From Trichinella spiralis (taxonomy: Eukaryota), in contig NW_003526945.1 in assembly GCF_000181795.1 (NCBI RefSeq), positions 2,608,488-2,672,487 on the forward strand: a stretch of DNA of 64,000 nucleotides, written 5' to 3'. Both the position numbers and the translations under genes were made by a program. Position 1 is the first letter of the stretch. Each line of letters begins with the position of its first letter. The notes under the pieces are model-generated. The model was given only the letters and a program-made list of their open reading frames with translations, ran no database searches and was not told where the DNA came from. Below are positions 1-12,800 of the stretch, piece after piece.

Positions 1-1816
1 ATGTAAAATAGCTCAGAGTTGCAATTTTATTTCATCACATAAAGCAGAGAATTTTTATTTTTTTCGTGTTTTATGTTTTTTTGTTTTGTTTGTTTGAATA
101 TATCTCATATTAATGAGCACATGGGCATGTGAGATGCTGTTAGGAAATATCCAGAATTGTAGCAATATTGTAACAAGCTAGTGAGACTGATAATGTTGCA
201 AAAGTTGATCCGTAAAATTCTCGCCTTGTGCTATCGCTTGTCATTATCTGACTGAGCTGACCTTTTCGACATAGTCGGGTTTTTGTTTCCATTATCAAAA
301 ATGACAATCTGTAAGGCCAAGATCAATTTTCAGAGGGGAGATTGCGGAAAGCGTTGTGGGGCTGGCTGGAGAGATGTACGGAAGGGGTTGGGCTGGGCTG
401 GGGGGGGGGGAACTATTTCAATTTACGGCATACACTTTAGTGATGAAATTCCAGAAATTCTTGGCAAAAATGTTCACAATTTTTCATTTATCACAAATGT
501 TTTACTTTTGTTAAGCATTGCACATTGGCAAGCAAAATTTTTCCCAGTTACTAACAGGTACTTTCTCACTTTTTACATTCATCTTGCTGAAAGCATATTT
601 CAACAATAAAAAAAAGTAAAATAATTCAAATTCCAAAATGATTTTGAACTTGGTGGACAAAAGCAAAAAGTAACACATGCAAAAAAGGGATCGGCATGCA
701 GGTTGATTTTGCATTCCAATGTGGAGCCAAAAGCTTGTTCATTGCAAATGTGCAAAATTCCAGCCTCGTGGAATGCACATGGGTTAAACAGTTTCAAGTT
801 GTGTTTGAGCTTTTGCAAAAGCTGGGTCGCATGTCATGCATTCTTGTGTAAAACATTGTAAATAAAGCAAACGGGGGGGGGATACACTTGAATGTTGTGT
901 GTATTTGCGAATGCAACTCATTTGTATAATTTAAATGTTTCCATTTCCCGGAAGTTTTCTGTAAAATGTTATACAATAAAGCTTAACGCATCAACAATTT
1001 CCTGTTTGCTTAAGCTGAACATTTGAAAAAGAAGTACAGCTGACACATCTGGAAATTCAAAAACAGTCGATTTGGCATTTCCTATTTTCCTTCTTTCTTT
1101 TTTTTTGAAAGAAACATCTGCTACACAGAATATTTTGAAATGTCATTTTTGATATTTTGCTTTGAAAAACTCTTTTCTATTTTAGAAGCTAATGAATTTT
1201 TTGTTGCAATTTTATCAATCAAATATCTGGGGGCTATTGAAGGAAAAATTTAGTGGGCGATGATTGTGCCAATAGCCGAGGAAGTAGTATATTGTGTGAT
1301 ATAGTATTTTTTTTTAATTTTACTGAATTTTTCAAATCTACTGAGAAGAATTGAAATTGGATTGAAAATATATGATGATCTTGCAAGAATGGATTAACTA
1401 CAGCACGCACGCACACACACATTTTATTAGAAAGTTATCATTAAAGTTTAACCGCTCAGAACGCTTACTCTCCCTCACTTACCTGATGCAGTCTTCAATG
1501 ATACCATTAGCAGTTTTCAGTCGTAAAATTGAAGACAAATTAATGATGCCAACTTCCTGCTCAGAAGAGTAGTATATATATAAATGTATACATGCATATA
1601 CAACTGAATTTGATGAAAAACTGCATCATGCTCAACAGAGGGTATATTCATCCACTCAAGCAATAGAGAATGCAGTTTATTTTGAAATGATATGCAAGTT
1701 TTATAAACTTTTACATGCATTTTTGCAAAACAAGAAGGAAAAAGATATAATTTGCATCAGTTTGTATAATTTTTTCTCATTTTAATTATTATAAAATATT
1801 ATGTTGTATGTTGTAG

Positions 1817-3370
1817 AGCATTGCTGTCGACATGACCAACACGTCGAAGAAAGGCCAGCTGCCATTTGTTGAGTTGAATGGAAAAGAGATTGCAGATTCC
1901 AATTTTATCATTGACGAGTTGAGCGTTCATTTCAAAAAGGAAGATTGCGAAGACAAAACTGCACTCGAAAAAGCTACACTTCGAGCATTTGAATCGTTGA
2001 TCGAAGACTCGCTTTCATGGTACGTAGAAACCGACAATTTTCTACTTTTTCTTTCGCTTTTTTCCATGCATCAACATAACACTTAGAAGCGAACATTTGG
2101 TGCTGATTATTACTATTGAAAATAGCATTTTTACTTTTTAAAGTATCATTAATCATTTTTAACTGGTGATAATTTTAAGAAAATAGTCCAATGACAAGGT
2201 TAGATGGGTACAATGGGCGTGAAATTTATAGTTTTATAAATTCTTTTAATTTCCCAATTGGGAAACTTTTGTAAATTTATAGTTTTAAATTTCATTTTCT
2301 TCTGCACAAATATATTTCTGGATAAATTTCAACTTCCATTATGTTTTTCACCATTGGATTAGAAAGAATGATAGTTCTGGAATTGGTGCCTTGAGATGGA
2401 TGGATGCATATAGAGATATGTAGATAGATGGATAGATATGTGCATCTTCAATTATCAAGATATTATTTTATGTTGATACGTTTTATAGATGATTTATATA
2501 CATTGAATTTTTAATGATTTATTTTATTCCAGGGTCGTTGTTGTTATTCGATCGAACCACTGCGATGTGCTTTTCAATGACAACTCTTTCATTCGTCTTC
2601 TGCCAGCTGCTTTTCGACCAATTCGCGCAATAGCAGCTAAAATCTTTTCCAACAAAGTATATAAATAAATATGTTAAATGTGCAAAGGAATTTTTAAATT
2701 TTATTTCATCCACCATTTCAGTTGAAGACAAAAGCATTTCATCAAGGAATTGGGCGACACAGTTTGACAGAGGTGACAACAATTGGTCAAAATTTGGTGA
2801 AAGCCATCTCGGTTTTTCTTGGTGACAAGACTTATTTGTCTGGAGAAAAGCCCACCAAAGTAAGTAAAAAACATCTTAAAATCCTAATTGTTCTTCTTAT
2901 TCTCTATCATGACATTATAATATACTTTATTTGTCTGAATTATATACTGCACAGATATAACATATTTATTATGTATATAGTTGGATGCGGTTGCGTTTGG
3001 CCACTTGGGTCAACTTTGGTACACACCAGTGGAGAGCGATTTGAAAAAGTTTATTGAAAGCGAATGTGCAAATATAGTGCAGTATTTGGAGCGTATGAAG
3101 ACCAGTTTCTGGCCAGACTGGGCTCAACTGTGCGTCAATCAGTCGGTCAAAGTGGCAAAAGAAAAAGCATCCGATGGTTCCAAAGGGAACGCCGAATGCA
3201 ACGCGGCCGCTGAATTGACTGACAAGATCGAAGCTATGGAAAATGGAGCTGAGGAAAAATGCGACAATGTTAGCCAGGAAGAAGAGAATGCCGTTGCCAA
3301 TTCCAACGCGACCACACCCGTTGCAATGGCGACTGAAAATGCGCAACCAGTGACTATTGAAAGTCAATGA
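1817..3370 (+). CDS. fax: Failed-axon-connections (FAX/FAXC)/metaxin-like GST-fold protein, 3' exons only (1817-2019, 2533-2656, 2722-2859, 2981-3370); 5' exons not identified
   Basis: Spliced translation gives SKKGQLPFVELNGKEIADSNFII...RAFESLIEDSLSW|VVVVIR...FHQGIGRHS...AISVFLGDKTYLSGEKPTK|LDAVAFGHLGQLWY...YLERMKTSFWPDW, which are FAX-family motifs. All junctions are GT-AG and in phase. Confidence 0.85.
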
Positions 3371-5579
3371 ATTAGGGAAAAACAACATATCTATTTAGCA
3401 AACTCGAAAACGGAGCCAGAAGCTTTTTAAATTTTTTTTAAATAGTAGTTAATTACCATATCATTTTATTCACTTTTACTCTATTTTACACTTGTTCTAC
3501 ATTTACTGTTTGCTTATCTATTTAAAATGCTATATAAAATACATTTTGGCAGAAATATACATATATGCATATATATGCATTTATATATACATATATACAT
3601 ATTTATGCACTTATTCATTTATATATATATTTATTTATTTATCAAATTGCTTGCTTTTGACGTATTATCGAAGAGAAATCATTGTTTGTATCGATTTTTA
3701 CGAATGTTCATCATCTAAAGTTGAAGGAAAAGAAGTGGATGATCTGAATACTGCTTTGATTATTTGAAAGTATTGATATGCTTCTGTTTTCGAGCTTTTG
3801 CATTTTTGTTGGTAAAAAAGGGAAAGAACAATAAAGTTTGCTTTTTCAAAAATGATTGTTCAAGAATGCAATTTGTAAGATGTGCACTCTTCGTCGCAGA
3901 TTCAATATCTGCTTTTATCTGATTATAATATATATATATTTTGTTTCTTATCCTTTTTATATAACTTCCGAAATGACTCTATTGCTAATGGTGTTTTGTT
4001 TTCTTAAAGCCTTGATAACAACATTACATGAAGAATTATTTTTTGTTTACTCTTTCAGAGTTGTTTGTTTGTTTGTTTGTCAGTGATGAAACAAACAAAT
4101 GTCATGCATTTTAATGACAATACGAGACTTGTTCAAAGAATTACAAATGCTAAATAAAATTGTATACATAAGTATAATAGATTGGTGTGGACATTAATCA
4201 CAAGACAATCTTGAGAGAAAATCACACCATTAGTATAAAAAAGGTAATTAAACTAATAAATATTATTAATAGTTGAATATTTTGAATGGATTTCGTTGAA
4301 ATTTAAACGGAATCTGAACGTATGAAATATTCCATTTTAGCAATTATAGACATCGTTCATAATCGTCCTTTGGCAAAAATTGTCATCGTCATATTGCATT
4401 TCAATTTTTCTGTTTCTGATAATAATAATATTATTAATGCTTGTTTACATTCTACTCTCTTTGTATGTTATTCCATTTTTCAAATATAATTATGCTCATT
4501 TCGCCTTGAACAATTGAAGAAATAAAATAGCAAATGCATTTGCGCTAAGATTACGTTAATTATCTATTTTTTCTATCAACCAAGAGAAAACAAATAATTG
4601 TGATAAAATATTCATTTATACATGATTTTTTGTTTTCTCTTATTTCTGTGATCAATATCTGTTTAACTACTAACATGGAATTTAGATTTTTTAAAGAGAT
4701 CTGTAAGCAATTTTAAAATGACCTGTTTAAATTTATAAGCAACTTCGAAATATAAAAAAGCATACTGTCTTTCAAATTGATAACAAATACGTACTTTATT
4801 CAAATTTTCATTATATTTTAACCCATTTATTTTGCGTATCTTGGCGGCGGATAATTCATTAACAGATTATCGATAATATTTTGGAGGTTTCGTTTGTTGT
4901 TGCAGCAGTGTAATGTGAATTCTCACATCACAAAATTGTTTTATATTTTCAGTATGCTATTCAGTGTTGTTCTGCCGCGATGTTTGCATTGTTGCTTTAT
5001 GCAACGTATTGAAATGTTCAACATTTGAAGCATTTGCAACAAATTTTTGACACATTTCCCTGTGCAGTTAGAAGACAATGTCACAATATAAAGGAAATTA
5101 CCAGTAAGCACTATTTATATATTGATGTTGCTTTTTCATATTTGTTATCAAAAATGAAGAAATTAAGTTATTCATTATCAATAAACTTTTTGTTCGCAGA
5201 ACTTCATGCTTTATTTATATTTTTTGCACTTGTGGAAGCTGGCTTTCATAGGAAATCATTTTATTTTCTTTACTTCGAATCTTCTATTTTTGTCATTTAT
5301 TAATTTCATTTAATATTATTTAAATTGCAAAATTGGAAACTTCAGTTCTGTTGAAATTTCTGCTTTGCAAAACCTTGAACTGTTTTATGAAAATTTATTT
5401 CACTTCTGTGTTATCTGAATCAAAAAGCAGTAAAATGGGTTGAACGTAGCATGTTTGCACAGGGCATTATCGTGATGTTAGCTTAAAACTTTTACGCCCA
5501 GTATTGCTCTCATTTGAAAATGATAAAGGTGCTTGATAAAATGTGATCTGGCAGAATTGCATTTTTCATCACTGCTGCA

Positions 5580-8031
5580 ATGTTTGCCGAAGTATCTCTT
5601 TTTTGGACATTCATCTTTGCTTCAATATTTTCTGCTTGGAATTTGAATTTATACGAAAAGTAAGCGAATGTTATTCATTTATTAATTTGTTAACAAAATG
5701 TACGCCTGCCAATTTACAGCTATCAACTTTTACAAATCCAACTTTTATCACAAGATGACGTTAATGTTTTGCGGAAAATTGTCGATGTTGAAAGCTTAGA
5801 AGTGAACAAAAATTCATATATATATATTTTTTTTTGAAACAAAAAAGCAATATTTTGTTTAGATGGACTTTTGGACACCGCTAACGGATTTGGATAATTA
5901 CGATAAACCAATAATTGCATTCGTGCCACCATCATCTGTGAATTTATTAATAGAAAGTCTTGAAAAGTCGAAAATATCCTACAGTAATATCACCGATGTC
6001 TTCCGAAAGTAAATTCAAAATGTTAATTTAAAATATCAAAAAATCAGTTTATCTTTTTTTATCTTTCAAAATATATTGTTAAACAGCAATGTTTTTAAAA
6101 AATTAGAATTTTCAAAATTCCACATTACTTAATTCATACGTAATTAATTGTTGTTTTGTCATTTTATAGACATTTCAATAATCATGTACAAATGTTGAAG
6201 GACAAGAAGCATAAAATGAAAACTTCAAAAATATTATCCACTTTTGCATTAAATGAATACCACACACTTGCTGAAGTATGATATACTTTCATTATGCAAA
6301 TTACAAATAAAATGTTCAGATTCACTGGTACATGCAAGCTCTGAGCCGAAAGCATCCACAAATTGTAAAGTTGATCAACATTGGCTATTCTTCTGAAGGC
6401 AGACCATTGTTGGCTGTTAAAGTAAAATTTCGGATTTAAGAATTTCAGATTTTACATTTCATTAAACAGGTTGGCAGAAAATTTGCAAAGAATTCAATTT
6501 GGATAGATGCTGGGATGCACGCTCGGGAATGGATCGCGCCGGCAACTGCCGTATATCTTTTACATGAAGTATTTTCTTTCATACTGCAAACTTGATGTCC
6601 TTTTTACAAATATATTTATTCATTTCAGAATTTTTCACGAAATAATAACATGCTTTTAATATTTACATCTTATGAAATAATATTTAATAAAGCAAAAATT
6701 ATTTAATTAAATAAATTATATAATTAATATAAATTTCATTAAAATTGGAGAAAAGATGAACTTAATTAACTATGTACTCACTGTGTTTTCGGTACAATCA
6801 CAGTATTTTAAAAACATTGATCAAAATTGATTCAAAACTACTTTTTATGTGATAAGATGATAAATATTATTTTTAGCTTGCTGAGAATTATGAAAATACG
6901 AAAGAAATTCAATTCATTTTGAACAAATACAGCTTTTACATATTACCTGTGGTTAATCCAGATGGATATGATTATTCTTGGAAATCGGTATGCGTAAAGG
7001 AATTTTAAAAGATAAACTTGCTTTAATATATTTCTTTTAGGAGCGATTCTGGCGTAAATCCAGATCCAAGCACAATTGTACGTTTTGGTCGTGCTGTGTG
7101 GGAGTTGATTTAGATAGGTATGTCAAATATTGCTCATATTTTTATTATTGCAAAGCATTTAATGATAGTTTATCAAAGAACAAAAATATAAAATTTGCAA
7201 AGCCAATTGCTTCATTTTTTCAACAGTGTTTGATTTAGTACATTAATTTCTTTTCGCACTGGAATTCATTCATGAATTTTAGAAACTTTAATATAAGTAT
7301 CGACTTACGAGGACATCCGTGTCGCCCAGATTACCCCGGACCATTTCCTTTTTCGGAATCAGAGACCAGAGCTGTTTCAAAGTTTCTTTCTGAAAATCAG
7401 CAGCGCATCCTGCTCGCTATATCTCTGCATTCATTTGGAAAATTGTTGACAGTACCATACAGTTTTAAAAGTGATGAAGTAGAAAATTCAAATTTTCAAG
7501 TAAATTAATTTAATATTTTAGTTTTTTATCCATATTTGTAAGCATATTTTCTGCTAACATTCCGTTATAGACTTACACAGCTCGACACTTTTTACAAGCT
7601 ACGGCATTCAAAAATGAATTTTATACTTTTACACAAGCCTACAACAACTATAGTACGTGAATAATCGAAACTGTATTAGTATAATTCTTTTTGTGAAACG
7701 CATGTAATCTGGGCTTCATTTTAGAATTCAGCATCGGTCAAGAAATGGATTGGATACGTTTATTTACAAGTATAAATTACATGTACAGTAATTATACATT
7801 TATGCTAATTTAATGAAATTTAGATATCTCATTAGCCTATTCTATTAAACTTCCTCCAACGCCAAATGAGCCCTATGGATTTTTGCTTCCTGAAGATCAC
7901 ATAGTTCCTGTCAGCATTCAAGTGAGATACTACAACATTTTTATTTTGCATTAAACTTTTGTAAATTTTATTTGATTTAGGCATTTGAAGGCATTTTGAA
8001 TATGGTAAAAAGCCTTAATTATCTTTATTAA
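5580..8031 (+). CDS. Secreted M14A (carboxypeptidase A/B-like) metallocarboxypeptidase homologue with propeptide, about 13 exons; catalytic Glu replaced by Lys
   Basis: Signal-like MFAEVSLFWTFIFASIFSAW at 5580 and propeptide (MDFWTP). Catalytic-domain motifs: NEYHTLAE, IGYSSEGRPL, IWIDAGMHAREWIAPA, LPVVNPDGYDYSW, FWRKSRS, GVDLDRNF, YPGPFPFSESET, ISLHSFG, AYSIKLPP, YGFLLPEDHI. Stop TAA at 8029-8031. Confidence 0.88.
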
Positions 8032-9877
8032 CAAAATTAATCAAATCAGAGATGAAATTGTTCTATATGTTTTGTAGTTAAATTTTTGACAATTAAAAAT
8101 CACTTTGCAAATGAATATTCACTAGATTTTCATGAAGGTTGAAGTTTACATTAAAATCAAACAAGACGGCTAATAAACGCAAGCGATTACCTTTGAAAAT
8201 TAAAAAAAAGTTATGGAAAATGTCTCTAAAATCTTGCAGTGACATAACTTTATCATATACAATTGAAAACTTGTAATTTTAATCTATATCTTAATTTATG
8301 AAGGTTTCCTAGTGTATTAAATGTTTCATTTAAGCATTTAAACAAGATAAAAACAAAGCTATAAAGTATTATTCTAGTATTGTGATACTATTAAAAACAG
8401 TCAACAATTTCAAGTACAGTAGAAACAATTTGAATATGAAAAAAATGAAAGCACGAAAAGCTTTAAATTTTCAAAATTTTTTTGCATTAACAGATGAACA
8501 AAATATTATTTACATTTATTACTCCTTTATATAAATAATTGTTGATTTTTAACAACTAATTTATCAAAAGTTGTGAATAGTGTTTTGAGTATACTGTTTA
8601 AGAGGAAAATGATAAAGCAGTTTGCCAAATTTAGTCACAATAAGTTATACAGTTCTTTTTTGAATCATATTTTCACATTGTAACATAAAATTATGTATAT
8701 TATGCTGTTGTCATGAAATAATACACTGCAGTGGTATGTAATTGCTTACATTCAATTCAGAAGAGTTTGATGCAATTGCGTGTAGTTTAACATTATTCTT
8801 TTAATCATTAAAATAAAATATTTTAAATATTTAATTATTGCACAATTTATGTATTAAATGTTTTTAAATAATATCTTTTTTGCAATTAGAAATATGAAAA
8901 AGCCGCATATTTTTTACTTCTTAAAAATAATACTTGATAATAATATTATTATAACTTACTGTAATTAATGTGAACTCGTCCGGAGAGGAGTGCATGTTTT
9001 GCAACGTTTGTATGTTTTATTTCTGGTATGATTATTTCTCTTCTTTTCAATATTTGCTAGCTTCAGTTGTACTTTGCATTTCTCTGCATGATGATCAATT
9101 TTCGCTAAGTAACTGATGTTCTTCATTCAGGTTGCATTGATGTTCATTCGATCTGTTTTTATTCTGGTTAATGGACTCGAAATTTAATTATGTTTACTTT
9201 ATAATTTGAAAAAAAAACTTTAATTTTTGGCTCTATACATAATTTGATTTTTTTTATTTTGTGAATTGTTATTTTAAAATATTTATCGATTTTTACTGTC
9301 CGATGGTTGAGTAAAATGTTTGAAGATTCCTTTTTCAACTCTATCAGTTAGTTTTCTTTTTTATTTTGCTATGACCGATAAATAAATACAGTTTTACGCC
9401 GTTAATTAGCTAATTTTTGCAAGAATTTGTAATATCCTGTTTTATTTGTTTGTTTTTTTGTATAACAATTTCCTCCTCGATCAACTCATCTGTTCATTAT
9501 TGATAAATCAGCAGAAGAGAGACATCGTGTTTTCTTATTTTTCTTATTAATTTTAATCATTTTTGTATTCTTCAGCTGAAGTTATTGTTGCAACTGTACA
9601 AGTTGAAGTATCATATTGTCGTTTGCTTTCTGTTTGCACAGTGCAGCCGTTGTTAGCTTATTGCATTGTAACTCTTTTGATTGGTTTTCCCTTAATTGTT
9701 AACCGAAGTTCAGCTGTGAATCGATTTCTGACAGTTGCTGACCGTTCATTGTGTTTACGTAGAGTTTCTTGTTGATTTGTAGATTTATGGCTTGTTCTGT
9801 ATGCAATTGTCGCCCGCCTGGAAATATGCTTTATTATTATTATTATTATAATTATATTATTATTTTTTAGACATCCG

Positions 9878-12800
9878 ATGGTTGAATACTGGACTTCACG
9901 ATTTTGTCAACTTATTTTCTTTTGCCTATTTGTTATTGGCAATATACATGCCTTAAATGGTGTGTACGATTTGGATTTAAAGATGCCCGGAAAAATGCCA
10001 TCAAAAGTATGATTTTTTATATTTATTTTAATATTAAAAAAATGTTTTTTCCTGTTACAAATGAATTCTTGGTTGCAAAGCAGTTTCACTCTAGCGTTTC
10101 AGTGTTTGAAAGTACGCTTGTTTTATATTTTACCAATAGTATTTTGTCTGTGGTCATAAGTGAAGCAATCGCGCTTAGCAATATTAAATTGTATTTGTAT
10201 TATATTTTTGTAAATTTTTTTAAGAAAAAATTTCTTTTCACATTTTTAATTTCAGTTTAAATTTGGAATATTTTTGATTTTTTGATTTCTTTCACTAATG
10301 GAATGATTTTGTAGAAAATGATATCAATTTAGCTTGCGATTCAGTTTCCTCTCAATTATGTAATGTACATTTATCTTGTTTGCATTTCGTACGTGATTTT
10401 ATACGCGTAGTTTCCATATAATTGTTGTTTTCTGAATTTTGCAGAATTGTATTTTATTTGGTTTTGTAATTTTTAAACGTAGATTAGTTTATTTAGTTTA
10501 ACAGCTGTTGTTTAAGATCAGGTGTATGATGGAAAATTTGTTCCTATCATCTCAATAGAAATACAATTTTGCCTCATCGAGCATGTAAATTGTACACGGA
10601 AATCGGTTGAAGTAGTTGTCGATAAATTTTTGACGTAAAAGAAACGCTTTGATTTTCAAGCTAATCGATTAAAAACAATGCTAACTAATTTTGATGCCTG
10701 ATTTCAAAGGCTGGTGGTCACTTTTGGATGTAGTTATGGATTCATGGATGTAGTTTTCTTTCAGGATTAATGAAAAATTGTCTTTATCTTGTATGCTTTT
10801 TTTAATTTATTATAAAAAAAACATATTGGGAGCACTGGAAGAATTTCTTTTTTCCTGTTTTTATCATTTTTCGATTTTTGTTCAACTCGATTTGAAAAGG
10901 TTTGTTTCTCATTATCAGTTTTTATTTTACTTTTCATTTTCATTTGATTTCATTTGAATCAAATCAGTTGAAATTGGTTGAAAATGAACTTCATAAAAAA
11001 TTTTATTAGAAAATATGGAAATCGACGATTGTGGGTTGAGCTTTTTTTTTCAATTTATTAATTTTCTTCTTATTCTTAGTTTAAGATTATAATGTTAATT
11101 AATGGTAAGAATCTTTCGTTGCTTCATGCGTCGGGGTTCTTGTTTATTGATTTTTAACTGTTGTGTAAGGATAGCGCAGTTGTGTTTGCCAGTGATAAAT
11201 AAGTTTACGTGCACCAGCAGTAAAATACACTTACATACACAATTGTTTCCTTATTAACTGTATTTATGGTTGATCGATTGTAAATAGGCTATTTCAAAGC
11301 AACTTTTGTATGGTTGTAAAAAAAAAGAAAACGAGAATACTTCTTCGGATGTTTTATTTCCTTTTTCAATGATGCTCTGTCGTTTGAATGGGTGTGGCTT
11401 TTGTTTATAATATATGCGAGTTATTGATTGACTAAATTAATTATCATCTTCTCCAGCAGTACTTATTATTAAATGGTACTCGTAGTATCTGTCGTATAAG
11501 TTTACCGAGAAGTGCAAAATCATCATTGTTTTAAAGCAAACAGTCTTGAAGAAAATGAATGATATTTTATTTGCTTTTTTGCATTGTACTCGGTTAATTG
11601 ATTTTTAAGAGAAGAAATTTTGAAAAATAAAATTAAAATATTCCTTCAACGATTATCATTTGCTCACCCTCTTGAACATTATCGATTTATCAAAAATTTC
11701 ATTTTATCACATCAAAAGTTTTTATTTATTTTAGTATAATTCGATTTGATTTGATTTTCATTTTTCAACATTTGTCACAATACTGTATGTGTGTTCAATA
11801 GTGTGTAGCAAAATTTGATTTAATATTTTGTTATTTTCATTTTGTCACCAGACGAGCAAATCGAACGGATGCTTTTCATTAGATAAAATAAGCATTGCCA
11901 TTCATTTTATTTAACACTTTTAGCATGTAGATGAGCACGGTTGAAATCAATAGCAGTAGGAAGTTTAATTTTGTGAGAAAATAGAAATTCAACTGTTGAT
12001 ACTGTTTTTTTTATAATTGTTGAAATGCAATTATTGATGCTTGTCTGCGAGTTAGCATAATTGTTGCATTGAAATAACGAAAGATAATGGTGCATTTTCG
12101 TCCAAAACAAAATTATAGCATACTATTCCAAATATTTCACGATAATATATATATATATATATATATATATAATAAATTGATTTTTGCTTTTCTTTTGTGT
12201 TTAGGATGAAGAATACATATGCTATGGGATAAAGGTTGAACAGCCTGGTTATATAAGTAATATTTTGTTGTTTGAGATTCATCTGATAATGTCATTGAGG
12301 TATACAAGTTGTTTTATTTATTTTTTAGCGGAATTTATTCCAATTGCCGAAGTTAGCCGGGTTCATCATATGATCGTGTTTGGCGCCATGATAAACGACA
12401 ATGCACCGGGCAGTGTTTGGTGAGTGTTTGGAAATTTTGAGATTCAATTTTCTTTTTTTCTTCATCATCCCATCCTCAGAACAACTCAGTTTTATTTGAA
12501 TTATTAATTTTCGATTCAGGCCATGTGAAGGCTCTCTCGGTGTACCGAGTGCGAAAATTCTTTACGCTTGGGCAAGAAATGCCCCAGCGTTGAAAATGCC
12601 AAATGGAGTTGGAGTGCCGATCAGTGGCAGCAGCACTGTCAACTATTTGATTTTGCAAATGCATTACAATCTGAAATTTATCGGTAATTTATTTATTTAT
12701 TTATTTTTATTTTTATTTTTATTGTGAATTTTCATTTAATTCAAGGCAGTGTGCTCGATTATTCCGGTGTGACGATGAAAGTCACTTCCAATCATCCTAC

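Noticed and set aside
3492..5303. Short F/I/L/Y-rich ORFs in the track (also ~31698, 37729, 60200)
   Set aside because: Translations of AT-rich UTR, intergenic or microsatellite sequence.
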